A stretch of 63,959 nucleotides of DNA, filler included, from Reclinomonas americana ATCC 50394 (Eukaryota): NCBI GenBank assembly GCA_048213135.1. It is 9 parts of 2 records of this genome, joined end to end, with 100 filler letters (N's around TTAATTAATTAA, not from the genome) between each part and the next. Parts side by side here need not be neighbours in the genome. Positions count along the whole stretch, not along the records: positions 7,114 to 19,870 come from PS015360.1; positions 19,971 to 24,881 come from PS015360.1; 7 more parts are not named here. The stretch is one strand, 5' to 3'. How positions within the stretch are numbered: the stretch's first letter is position 1; each line of letters starts with the position of its first letter. The position numbers and the translations under genes were made by a program. The notes under the pieces are model-generated. The model had not been told where the DNA came from and made no database searches. It was given only the letters and a program-made list of their open reading frames with translations. Positions 12,380 to 24,981 of this stretch are shown piece by piece.

Positions 12380-14476
12380 ATGCAGCACCATGCAACAAGG
12401 CAATCGGGCGCCAACAGCAACAGCAATAACACAGCCTCAGCCGCCACCGCGGGAGCGTCGAGTGGCACTGACCGCACTAGCACTCGCCGCCGAAGCAGCA
12501 GCGGCGCAGGAAGCAACAGTATGCGTGGACGGTCCGGCAGCGGCTACGCCGTCGTCGACTCCTCCGCCCCCTTCACCCCTGTCGCTGACGCTGCTCTCGA
12601 TGCTGGTGCTTTCCCCACCGGAAACACCAAGCTCGCCAACCCTGTGGCAGCGGGAGCCCGCATGGCATCGCCGCTGGCGCCAGCCGCCAACCGTGGCAAT
12701 GGAAACCTCCTCACCCACCCCACCCTGGCCAGTGTCGTCGATGTGGCAAGGTACGTTTACTCCTCTCTCTCCCTCACACTCTCGAGCCACTTTTGGTACT
12801 GAACGGCTGTGTCGTGCGGCAGGCTCCAGGAACTTGAATCGGTGTGCACCTCGAAGGACGCACTGAGTCAGGATCCACCCGAGGTGTTCGCCTTTGTCGG
12901 CTCGCAGCTGGATCGCGCGGCGCATCGCCTCATGGACGCCTACGACATGCACGTGCTGCGGTACCCGACTCTGTGGGCGGCCAAGCACATTAACCGACTG
13001 CTGCTCATCGATCGCCGGTGGAAGGCCACCCGAGAGCATGTGTTTCGCGAGTTCACTGCCGAGCGCACCCGCTATCTCTTCACGCGCTTCCAACGCCTGC
13101 TGTGGTGCCTGGCCTTTATCGAGGACCTGGAACGCACCGTGAAGGAGATGCGCCAGGTCATGCCCGAGCGACTGACCAACAACCGACGTGCCTACCGTGC
13201 CATGTTCACACGCACGCTGGCCTCTGTGACGGCGGCCGCGGGCAGCAAGAGGATACCCGTCGCCACGCCACCCGTGGTGCCGCCGCTCATGTTCCCTCCA
13301 CAAGGGCACCACCAGTCTATCGACACGGTGTCGCAGTTGGCCGACTACGTGACGCGACCGCTGACCGACCGATCCAATGCGTCCGACGATTTCGAAGAAG
13401 AGGGCACAGCGGCTTCCGCGTCCTCTGCTGCAGCGGCCACTGGCTCCACTCCGACCGCCAACGCAGGCAAGTCCCCGCGGCCAACCGGCGGCCGGTCGAC
13501 GACTGCGGCGCCGGCACGGAGGTACAGACCCGGCACCAGCTTGAGCGCTCGATCCGAGTCCGAGACGTCTCCGCCAACGACTACCACCACCACCTCCACT
13601 GCCTCCACCGCTGGCGCTGCTGCAAAGAGCACGCGCAGCGGCGGGAGCAGCAGCAAGCCAGTGATCGATCCACTGCCCATCAGTGCACGATCCGAGGTTC
13701 CCAACAGCACCGCAGAACCGTCGCAACCGCGACGCGGCCATCGTCGGCGAATGACAGCCGACGGCAGTCGTGAGGCCGACAAGGTGTTCTCACGACAGTC
13801 CACCGCCAACTCCGCCACCGCCATTGGTCAACGCGCTCCGCCCGCCGCCTCCGCCGCCGCCGCGGCGCCCACACCACCGACCACTCCGTCGCCTCGGCAG
13901 CGTTATGCCATCGCCGCTGCCATCGCCGCCGTCGTTCCCACTCCCGCTGCAACCACCGCCCCCAGTCACTCCCGGAGTCGGAGTACGTCGAGGGAACCGA
14001 GTCCGCGCCAGCTGCCGGCCATTCCCTCCGCCTCGTCGTCATCATCGTCGTCGCGAGCCAGCAGCAGCCGCCGGTACCGCGCACAGACGATTCCGAATTC
14101 GTCGCGATCATCAGGTCGCACCAGTGCTACCGCACTGCCGATCCAGGCAGCGACGGTGACGGCGGCGGTACTGGCCGCCGCCCACTCGCAAGCCGCTCGC
14201 AGCGTCACCGGCTCCAGCGCCGACAACCCACGACATCGTGTGCCCTCTGCCGGCCTCATTCACGCGCCTGGGCCTCTGCCGCAGACGCGGCGGCCATCGT
14301 CCTCGCACGTCAACCGCCGCGCCTCACAGACGCACGTCAGCCGCCGCTCCTCGCAGACGCACGTCCGCCACACGTCCAAGCACACTGGCTCGTCATCGGC
14401 CATTCGGCACATCCACACCAGCAGCGTCGCACACTCGCGAATGCCCTCAACGGGGCATGCGCATCGAGTGGCGTAG
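12380..14476 (+). CDS. Hypothetical protein: helical domain followed by a long S/T/A/R/P-rich disordered region; may splice onto the next feature
   Basis: Long ORFs 12380-12750 and ~12822-14476 joined by a GT-AG intron. Confidence 0.6.
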
Positions 14477-14579
14477 TCGTGCGTAGGGGAGGAGAAATGT
14501 TTTATACGGGAGAATCAATGAATCGTTGTTGTATGAGAAACGGAGTCAAATCGCGGGAAGGAACATTGTAACTCACACA

Positions 14580-16250
14580 GACACACACGCGCCCATGCAC
14601 CGTGGCAGGGAACGGGCACCATCACTGATCTCCTCTGTGGACAGCGACAGCAGTGTCTCACACGACGATGACGACGATGACGAGGAGGAGGAAGACGAGG
14701 ATGCCTATGTCGATGCGGGTGTCGAGCTGGGGGACGACGGTGACTACGACGAGGAGGATGCTGATGCAGAGGGCGACGCAGAGGCTGAGCGGCGGCAACG
14801 ACAGCGGAGAGAAGGCGGTCGACCTCGACGCGCCACCTCGGATTCCTCATCGTCGGGGTACGCTGACGAGGCCGCCTTTCGCGCCTACTGGAGACGACGA
14901 GAGGCAGCAGCTGTGGCTGCTGCTCGCGAGGCACAGCTGAGAGGGAAGGATGACGGAGGCGGAGGAGGAGGCGGTCTGTTGGGTGGCGGGTCACGGGTGT
15001 CGTTGAATGGAACGCAGTTGCGCAGTCGCTCGTCGTCGCGTCGACGCAGGCGGTCGTCGACATCGCAGTATCCGCGGCGACTGTGCACTGTGTGGTTTAT
15101 CTTTGTGGTGGTTGGCATGGTGCTGTGTGCGGCCGGTGCGGCGGTGGCACTTGCCGTGTTTCTCATTCCGGATGTGATGCGAGTTGAGTCGCGTCTCTCT
15201 CTCACCACACGTGCGTGTGTGTCTACGATGGCTCATTGCCTCTCCACGAACCACACACAGTATCAAGACTACATAGAGTCGACGTGCACGGTCACAGCCA
15301 GCGCGGTGCAAGACACCAATGGTGTCTTTGCGGCCGTGTTCACAGTTGCGTTCCTCACACACGCTTGCATGCATTGTTCGGCAGCTCATGCTGGCGCGGG
15401 CGGTGCAGGTTGACTACAGCGTCGGCAGCCATGTGACTGACGCGCAGTACAAGCACGCCACGGGCGACGACAAGTTGGCGGCCGAGGACTACACGAAGCG
15501 GTTTGTGATTGGTCACAAGTACAAGTGCTGGTGGGATGTGCATGACGAGCACTCGGGTGAGTGTGTCTCTCCGCAGTAGTGTGGCGAGCTAGCTCGAGTA
15601 TCTCATTCGCTCGTACCGTGTAGTGGTGTTCGACACGGGTTTCCAGCAGTACACGATTGTGTTTTCGGCCGTGCCCATTGTGTTGCGCCTCTCTCGTTTT
15701 TCTCCCTTGTCGACACGCGTGCTTGCTGAACATATATATGCCACGACCGCGCAGCGTGTTTGTGGCTCTCTTCGTGTTTGTCATGTTTGTGCTGCGGCGA
15801 CGGAAGCGACGGTACGGCAAGGCATGCACTCCGTGCTGTCACGACGTTCCACGGTATCGCGGGCGACTGCTGTTGCGTACGAACCGTCGCGGCAACCATC
15901 GTGGCGCGCCCTGTACTTACCGCGCGCCGCATGCAGGAGTTATGGCACGTCGTCAACCACCACGCAGCCGTCATTACCGGGACCGATTGAGCCGCCACTC
16001 ATGGCGGCGCCGGAGAACCGCTTCGTGCCATTAACGTTGCGTCTCAACTCACTGCCGTGCCATGAACATTGCGGCCTCACTTCGCCTGTGCCGGTACTGC
16101 AGCACTGATGCGGACACCGACTTCGATCCGAACCGCACACTGCCACTGCAAGGACTCGCCGGTCCACCACCACGCACAGCGTCTGTCCTTCGTGGACCTT
16201 ATCTATGACCACCCCTCCATCTGCATGAATCCTGTTGTCGCTCGAGATAA
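14580..16250 (+). CDS. Two-TM membrane protein with a Cys-containing extracellular loop (resembles the DUF3592 / KCa-beta topology)
   Basis: Acidic N-region, TM LCTVWFIFVVVGMVLCAAGAAVALAVFLIP, loop YQDYIESTCTV...IGHKYKCWWD, second TM ending in LRRRKRR; several short introns. Confidence 0.55.
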
Positions 16251-16321
16251 GCATGGCCGACGTTCAATCGGTGTCCTTCCTCTGATCCCCGCTGCGATTC
16301 ATCTCGTTCGTTGTGCACGCC

Positions 16322-18664
16322 ATGGTGAAGACAGTGGAGCGCATGCTCGCACGAAAGGAGAAGAAGGAGGAGAAGTCGCGCAAGAAGAAGCCGGCCAAAG
16401 AGGTGATGCATGCATGCACCAACACTGCCACCTCGCTGTCTCTCTCTGTCTCTGTGCATGCTTCTGCACGTTGGGTGCTCTCACACGATAGTCACCACCT
16501 CCACTCACACATGGCACTGAAGGGAGAGAGAGAGAGAGGGCACGCAGTGTGGCCATGGCTGTACATGCCTTTCACTCACTCTCTCACTGCCTCTCTGTTG
16601 GTCAGACCACTCGTGGACAGCGCATTCTCAGTGCACTGGCCATCCTCAGTGTGGCCATTGGCATTGGCTTGATTCTCGGTCGCTTCGGCAACACACGTTG
16701 CGTGTGATCAATGCATGATTGATTGTGCATTGCAGTGAGCTGATCCTTCTCCTTCTTCTCCGCCACCCACGCAGCCAAGTACAAGGTCGAGCAGGAGCAA
16801 GAGATTCGCTTCGATCAGGTGTTTCCCTATCTGGAGGAGGCCGTGGAGACCATTGACAGCGTTGCGTGCCACTTGTCGTCAGTTTGCATCTCACTCACTC
16901 GCCCGCGCTCATTCAATCGCCGCCGGGATGCAGGTGATTCGCAAGGAGACTGGCGATGCAGAGGACACGGCGTGGGAGATCAACTATGGTGGCGACAAGG
17001 ACGTGCAGCGTTTCTTCAACAAGGCGATGCAGAGTCCGAGCGACACGGTGCGCGGCCTGTCGCAGACGTTGATCGATGTGATGGCGCAGGCCACGGTGCG
17101 CACGCTGGTGCAGTGCATTGTGAGCACCAAGTCCGACAAGGTCAAGGCCGCCGCCTCCATTGGTCTCAAGTCGAAGCTCATCACCGGCAAGGATCAGTTG
17201 CCGGATCGCGGTGTGGGCATTGTGGCGGAGATGGCGGCGCACACAGATGCCGGCGTGCAGGAGTTGATGGCGTACACGTTCCGTCAGATGATTTACGACG
17301 ACTATGAGCGCGAGATCAAGGACGCGGCCGACAAGCCGTCGCCGTCGGTGCTGCGAGTGATTGAGTTGACCAATCACCACTCGCTGTTGGTGCAAGAGGT
17401 CGCCAAGCGCGTGCTCCACGACCTCGTTCAATGTTACGCCTGTGTTCTCCTCTCGTTGGGAAGTTTGCAGCAACACTCACACTCAGTCACGCACGCAGCC
17501 GAGACAAAGCACCAGCGATTCGCCATGTACCTGACGTCGGAGAACGAGAAGCTGCGCAAGGAGGCGGAGCGCGTGCTGTACACGGTGGTGCGCAAGATGG
17601 CCGACGACGGCAATGAGCTCGATGCACATGAGCTGATGGCGGTGCCGGAGACGGGCACGGTGGCGGCCAAGGCCATTGCCGACTCGTACATGTCGACGGA
17701 GAACTTGAAGAAGGTGAGAGAGTGTGCTGACTTGGCTGGATGGAGGGAGTGTCTCGTGTGCTGACCAGCCGCGGTGTCGGTGCAGGACGGTGGTCTGGAG
17801 CGCATTGTCGAATTCAGCGACTCGCCGCTGCCGATGGCACAAGAACTGGCGGCTTCCGTGGCCTTCCACCTTTTCAATGGCAAGCTCGAGGAGCACGTGT
17901 CGGCTGCCGATGCGCTCAACCGCATTGTCAAGCTGCTCGATCCGCCAGCTCCCGAGCACGTGCAGAAGCAGGCCAAGGCCACCATCTACAAGGCTCTTCG
18001 TCGTGCGTTGTCCCCGCACATTCACCATTGTCCCTTTTGAGAGTTGGTCTCACTGACGCGCGTGTGTGCAGTGGGCGGCAAGATTGGTCAAATCCAGCTG
18101 TCCAACGTGCTGGCACAGCATCCGGATCCGCGCGTCCGTCTCATCGAAGACGCCTGGCGGTACGCCATCATCAAGCGCTTTGAGGAGGCACCGGCGGCTG
18201 TGGTGGCCGAAGTGCTGAAGCATACACCGTCGGCGAAGATTAAGGAGCTGGAGAAGACCTTTGCGCCGTCGGAGGAGGAGCTGAAAGAGTGGGCCCAGCA
18301 GAACGGTGGCGACACCGCCGCGGCGGCGGCGGCATTCGGTCAGTCGCAGGCCAACACTGCGGCGGCGGGGGCAGCCTCGGCGTACGACGACGTCGAGGAG
18401 ATTGAGGAGATCGACGAGCCGGCGGCTGCCGCCAATCGTGAGGAGGCGGAGGAGGAGCAGGAGCAGGAGGAGGAGGAAGAGGAGGATGCTGGCTACAGGG
18501 GTCATGCCGGCGAGGGCGACGATGACAACGCGGCGGCGGCTGAGGATGAAAACGACGAGTATCAACCCATGGACCAGGAGGATGAGGATGAGGAGTCCGG
18601 AGAAGGGGACGACGGCGATGCGGGTGAAATAGTGGTCGGTGGCGACGACGATGACGACGAGTAA
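16322..18664 (+). CDS. ARM/HEAT-like helical-repeat protein with a basic N-terminus and acidic C-tail
   Basis: Spliced ORFs with helical repeats (DGGLERIVEF, ALNRIVKLL) and an E/D-rich tail to TAA 18662-18664. Confidence 0.65.
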
Positions 18665-18727
18665 TGGTTGTGGAGAACAAATGCGTTTGTAATGATGAAT
18701 TCGAACAACTAAAAAAACGAGCGTGGT

Positions 18728-19870
18728 TTAAATGAGCCCGTGCCTCCAGCAGTACCATACTGCAGCCGTTGGTGAGTGGGCAAGAGAGAGGAGGATTAAT
18801 CGTAGAGCGGAAGGTACGCAACGGATAAATGACATGGATCCGACCGAGAGCACGCCCATGCCCATTACCACATTCATGACTGTGTAGCGTGGAGCGCAAC
18901 AATCAGCGTCGCAGTGGGAGAGTGGCTTTGAGGAGAGATGCATGACACGCAACAAGCAGTGCGGCTCTCCTCCAACTCGGTCGCTAAATTCATGCCAAAG
19001 ATGCCGGTGACCACCGACGATAAAGAGAAGCTAAACATGGAGGCCGACAAGACCAGCTGCAGTCGAATGATTCGATTGCGGTTGCTGCACGCATCACGGC
19101 CTACTCGTCAGCGACTCAAAAAAAATGCAGCAACAGCATCACTGCGCGCAACGTGTCGAGTCGGAGCATCACCACGTCCTCCACATCTCGAATGCTGAGC
19201 GACATGGCGGCGGTGAGTCGAGGAGAGAGAGGAGAAGAAAGCAAGCGATTCACACTCACGATCGTTTGAAATGCGTGACTTGATGTAGGACCTGGCGATG
19301 AGGATACTCACTTGTGTGAGAACGACGGGGAAGGAATACAAGTGCATGAGAGAGACGAAACGTCAGTCTGCTGCTTCAAGAAGCCCTCGAACAGCAACTC
19401 AACCTCCTCGTGTTGATTGACTTGCCGAGGATGCCTGCGCGCAGATGTCAGGAAGCAGCGGGGGAAAAGGAAGCAGGAGAGGAGGAGACGCAACCCCAGC
19501 ACTGCTTTCGTTGTCAAGTACATTTGCGCCATGTCCTGCGCAGGAGGTGTTAGGTTCTCCTCGCTCGGCAGGCTCGTGTGCGGCGAACTTACCTCGTCAT
19601 TCATTAGTACTTCAGAGAGCGCGTCGCAAATCGATTGCACATGATGGCCAAACGTGCTCAGCCTGCACAAACAAAAGTCAGGCGATTCATACTGACAATC
19701 CAGCACTCGGCCAGACGCAACGCTTTCTTGAGCGGCAGCAGCCGGGCCAAGTGGTGTGTCCTCACATCGACAGCCATAATGTTCAAGATCTGCGATCGAC
19801 TGGTGCGTCAAGAGGGGCACCAGGCACGTACGCGACACGAACTGGGCCAATACACACCTCGTCTACTGCC
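18728..19870 (-). CDS. MRS2: MRS2/CorA-family Mg2+ transporter, 5' part missing
   Basis: MAQMYLT..HEEVELLFEGF..LDTNRNRIIRLQLVLS..VVTGIFGMNL (GMN motif) followed by a second TM. Confidence 0.88.
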
Positions 19871-20586
19871 NNNNNNNNNNNNNNNNNNNNNNNNNNNNNN
19901 NNNNNNNNNNNNNNTTAATTAATTAANNNNNNNNNNNNNNNNNNNNNNNNNNNNNNNNNNNNNNNNNNNNTCCTCCTCCTCCTACATTGCCATTTCTCCT
20001 CCCCGACTCCGCAGTCGGCGCCACCGACGACAACACCGACGATACCTCCTGCATATCCGCTGCGCGTGCGACACACTCGTCACACCACACTCACTGATTC
20101 ACTCGCTGTCTTACACACATGCATTGCACCGACCTCGCGTGGCATCAAAGTCTGCGCGTTTCGACGCCTCCTCTTCCTCCTCGTCTTGCAGCGCCCATTC
20201 CTCTTGCATGGCGCGTTTGGCGCGACCGCCAGACACCTGCCCAGTGTCGCTCATTTGGCCAGTGGGAGGAATGATGGCACACAGTGTGCGTCGCTGTTGC
20301 GCGACAGACACCCATGGTGGTGGTGATAGTGTGCCTCGGGCGAGCAGGTGCCGAGGCAATCGCCACAGCATTCGCTGAGTGAGTGAGAGAGTGAGGATCA
20401 AGGAGAGGACACGTTAGTCGACGTTCTGCCGCGCAATGAAGGCACTTGTGCGCCCGCTAGAGACTATGCAGTAACAGTGCACAGTGAGCAGCGTCAGCGT
20501 TTTTAGCCGCAAGGCAACGAGCGAGACGGAAGAGAGAGAATGTCCCGAACGTCGACCTGCAACATCCTTCTATTCGTTGACAAAAG

Positions 20587-21857
20587 ATGTTGGCGAGCTC
20601 GCTGCTTCGTCGCTGTGTGAGTGCGTGTGGCCGGCGTTCCACTGTGCCACTGTTCTCCACCAGTGCCACTGCTGCAGCGGCCACATGTGCGCGATTGGAG
20701 CTGTTGCAGGGCGATGACAAGGGTCATGTTCCACTCACTCGCGACACTCTTCTCTTCATCGCTGACTGACGTGCATGAGAGCAGGCATCGCAGTGATCAC
20801 TCTGGACCGCGCGCCAGCCAATGCCCTCGGTCGCCAGATGCTGCAGGAGGTCCACTGATTGCTCTGTCTGTCACAGATGCATGCATCACTCTGACTCTTG
20901 CGCGTGCATCAGTTCCGCGGGGCGGTGGCGCAATGCCGCTTCGAGCCCTCTCTGCGCTGCGTGATTGTGCGCTCGGCACTGGAGAAGGTGTTTTGTGCGG
21001 GCGCCGATCTCAAGGAGCGCGCCGAGATGACGCAACGTGAGGTCGGCGAGTTTGTGTACGGATTGCGTTCAGGATTCACGGAGCTGGAGTCGCTGCCGGT
21101 GCCGACGATTGCTGCGCTCGATGGAGCCACCTTGGGCGGTGGATTGGAGCTGGCGCTGGCGTGTGACATGCGTGTGGCCAGTGAGGGGGCGTTGATTGGC
21201 TTGCCGGAGACGGCGCTGGCCATTATTCCGGGGTGTGTGTGTAGTGCGTGAGGGGAGAAGCAGGGGGTGGCGCTGATGCGAGTGTGGTGATGCAGAGCGG
21301 GTGGTACGCAGCGACTGCCGCGTCTGATTGGACCCTCGCGCGCCAAGGAGCTGACGTTCACCGCGCGGCGCATCAGTTCGGCGGATGCGGCCGCGATCGG
21401 TTCGCCCTGTGTCGTATGCTCGCCCTCTCTCGCTCGCCTTCTTCCTGCTCATGCACGTGTGCGGTTTGCGAAGGGCTGGTGAACTACAGTGTGCCAAAGG
21501 GCAAGGCATACGAAAAGGCTCTGGCGCTGGCGCGAGAAATACTGCCGCAGGTCGGTGGTGGCGATGCAGGAAAAAGCTGGCCAGCGTTGGCACTCACACT
21601 CCGCATACGTAGGGACCGGTGGCGCTGCGCATGGCCAAGCTGGCAATCGACGGTGGTATGCAAATGGATCGCACCAGTGGCATGCTGCTGGAGCAGCAGT
21701 GCTACGCGCAGGTCATTCCGACCAAGGACCGACTGGAGGGTTCGAACGCCTTGTTGTGTATATTAACGCCGTCCGATTTCGTTAACTGTTGGAAAACCCC
21801 GACGCAGGACTCGCGGCCTTCAAGGAGAAGCGCAAGCCGCAGTACACTGGCGAGTGA
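20587..21857 (+). CDS. AUH: Methylglutaconyl-CoA hydratase (crotonase family), mitochondrial-type presequence
   Basis: [87 protein letters not shown]; 6 introns. Confidence 0.93.
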
Positions 21858-22021
21858 GACGCGCTCGGGGAAACGTACGAAAGTAAAATATGGTCCGATT
21901 TGGCAACAAGTAGCCACTCAACGGCCGAAATTGACGGTTTCACTCGACCGTTCTTCGAAACTCACGCACGAACGGAGAGGAGAGAGATAAGAGAGACGAG
22001 TGACGCGCATCTGTCGGTGCA

Positions 22022-24881
22022 ATGTCTAGTCGCAGTGAGTAACATGCACACGCGCGTGTGTGTTGTCAGAAAAGTGACTCACACCCGTTGATCAGATGCG
22101 TGGCGACGGGCTCCTGGCGACGACGACGACGATGATGATCGCGGTCGCGATATCGAGGCGTCGAGAGCGATCGAGCAGCGGACGCCCATCACCATGATGA
22201 CATCGCCCAGAGCGCCTGACTACTTGCTCAGCGATGTCGATGACACACCAACACCAGCAGAAGCAACAGCAGCAGCGCCTGCCTATGTGAATGAGGTGAA
22301 GAGAGGGTGTTTGATTCCTCTTGTTGCACCACTTGTTTTGATCAAGCGGTCTCACTCTCTCCCACGTAGCGCTTCTTGCCGTACCGCGTTCCGGGAAGTC
22401 GCGACACGGTGGTCCGACCGTCGCTGCCACTGTTGGAGCAGCGGTCGTCGAGCTCCTCGGCACTTGTCTTTAGCGCGCTGCCGATGGTGGGCGACGATGG
22501 GGCGCAGCCGCGAGTGCAGAGCGCACGCGGTAGGGCAGTTGAAAAGGAAGGCGTGCGCGGAGAGGCGGCAGCGTCGGAGGTGTTGGAGGGCGATGTGGGC
22601 GGGGATGAGGTGGAGAGCGGTCGTGGATGGCGACAGAACAAGCCGGTGCAGTTGGCGCCGGTGACAGCGCTGTCGTCAGAACCCGACATCATGTCGGCTT
22701 CGGTGCAATCCAAGTCGTTCTTCACGGCACGCATGCTCGGCAACGACGCGAGCAGCAGCGACGGTGTGCCCACCCAAGCCGCACGGCGCACCCATGCGGG
22801 TATTCGTGACCCCGACGACACCGACAATGACGACGCCGAGACGTCGGAGATGGATCTGGACTCGGCGCGAGGCAGTCAGACGCACCAGAAGAGCGAGTTG
22901 CGCCGCTTTTCTCGTTTTCCGTGTGCCTTTACTCTCTCTCTCTCTCTCGCTTACACACACGCACACAGTCACAGCAATCACGGGCAATCCACGATTGTCG
23001 TGCTCGGCAAGTCCACTGGCAGCAAGCACGGCGACGATGAGGATGGAATGCTGCCAGAAGCCGAAGAGGAGGAGAGTTTCGAGGACGAGGAAGGTGGCGA
23101 CGATGATGGAGACGGCGACGACGACGATGGCGACGACGGGAAGAAGGCCGACGATTCCGACGAAAGCGACGAAGACAGTGACGATGAGGAGGACCGCGGC
23201 TGGTTTGGCGCTCCCAACGGAGCACCGTTTGTGATGCGACAAGTGTCACGTTTCCGCATTCTGTGGGATGTGTGGATGCTGCTGGTGGCCTTCTACCTCG
23301 TGACGTTTGTGCCGGCGATCATTTGCTTCGGGGTGCAAAACACAACCGTGGTACTCAGTGCCAACGCCGTGGTCGACTTCTTCCTGTGGGCCGACATGCT
23401 CGTTGAGTGTTTCACGGCCTACGAGGACGACGGGGTGTCGGTGATTGACCGCAAGCTGATTCGGCGAAGATACTTGCGGGGCTGGTTCACGGTGGACCTG
23501 ATCAGTGCGCTACCGTTTGAGGTTATTGCGGCCGGCGTCAGCATCTCGCGACCTGGTATCTTCCGTCTCAACAGATTAGCGCGCCTGGCGCATGTGCCCT
23601 CGTACTTTACGCTGTGGGAGACCGAAACGAGTGTCAACACGAGTCTGCTGCGCATCCTCAGGTTCGTGCTGTACGTGTTGTACATTATGCACTTGCTGGC
23701 GTGCGTGTGGTTCCTCGTGGTGGCGCTGGAGTACGAAGCAGGCGAGCTCCACAACTCCTACGTGTTCTCGATGACAATCGTGACCGCGCCACTGCGATAT
23801 CAGTACATGCAGGCGTTTTTCTGGGCGCTGGCCTCCATGACTGGCTACGGCAACACGCTGCCAATCAGTAACGTGGAGCTCATGACCACCATTGTGGTGT
23901 CGATTATCGGCACCTCGCTCTTCGTCATCACCATCGGCGTCGTCAGCTCGCTGCTGAGCAACATGGATGCGGCCAATCAGGCCTTCCGTAGCAAGGTCGA
24001 AAACATCGACCGCTTCATGACGTACCGCCGCGTGCCACCGCACTTGCAAAAGACCGTCAAGCACTACTACAGCTACTTGTGGAACTCGCGACGAGTTGCG
24101 TGCGCGCTCTGCGGGTGGGTGAATTTTATCGAAACTGACGCTGTGTTTTATCCGTGCAGGGTGTCGACGAGCGTGAAATGCTGCAGGACTTGCCCGAGTA
24201 CCTGCGCACCGAGTTGGTGTTTGAGGTGTGTCACTTTACTTTCCATTCCTTTTGTACTTCTGTGACTGCCGCCGACCACTTTGACAGATCAACAAGGAGA
24301 TCATCACGGCAGTCCCGTTCTTCGCCAAGTGCCAGGCGGCATTCATCGAGCGCCTGGTGGTGCGCCTCCGCCCGCGTGTAGTCCTCCCGCACACCTACAT
24401 TGTGCGCAAGGGCGATTTTGGCAAGGAGATGTACTTTATCTCTCGCGGCGTGGTGCAAGTGGTCGGCGACAATGGCGAGGTGTACGCCACCATCAAGGAC
24501 TGGTTCGGCGAGATTGCGCTGCTGTTCAATATGCGGCGCACGGCCAATGTCAGGGTGCGTGTGTGCGCCGAACCGGCGAACAGGCTGGGCCACAAACTCA
24601 CTCACCTCCTCGTGCAGGCGGCGACATTTTGCGATATCTTTGTGCTGTCGCGCTCCGACTTTAACGATGTGATCAAGCTGTTCCCTGCCGAGGCCAAGAT
24701 CATGGAAGAGGTGGCAGAGGAGCGAAAGAAAGCCCTGGGCATCCAGGACGACGGTGAGACGACAGAAGCTAGAAGTGACATCTGTAATGACAATTTTGAC
24801 TTACACGAACTGCATGCAGCCTCGTCCATGCACAGTGGCGACGACACGGACGACCTCAACTCGACCGCCAGCTCATTCAGC
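22022..24881 (+). CDS. 6-TM cation channel with C-terminal cyclic-nucleotide-binding domain (KCNH/HCN/CNG-like); 3' truncated
   Basis: IRRRYLRGWF.VDLISALPF, S4 FRLNRLARL, pore GYG, C-linker, CNBD IVRKGDFGKEMYFISRG..FGEIALL...RRTANV; start position approximate. Confidence 0.92.
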
Positions 24882-24981
24882 NNNNNNNNNNNNNNNNNNN
24901 NNNNNNNNNNNNNNNNNNNNNNNNNTTAATTAATTAANNNNNNNNNNNNNNNNNNNNNNNNNNNNNNNNNNNNNNNNNNNN

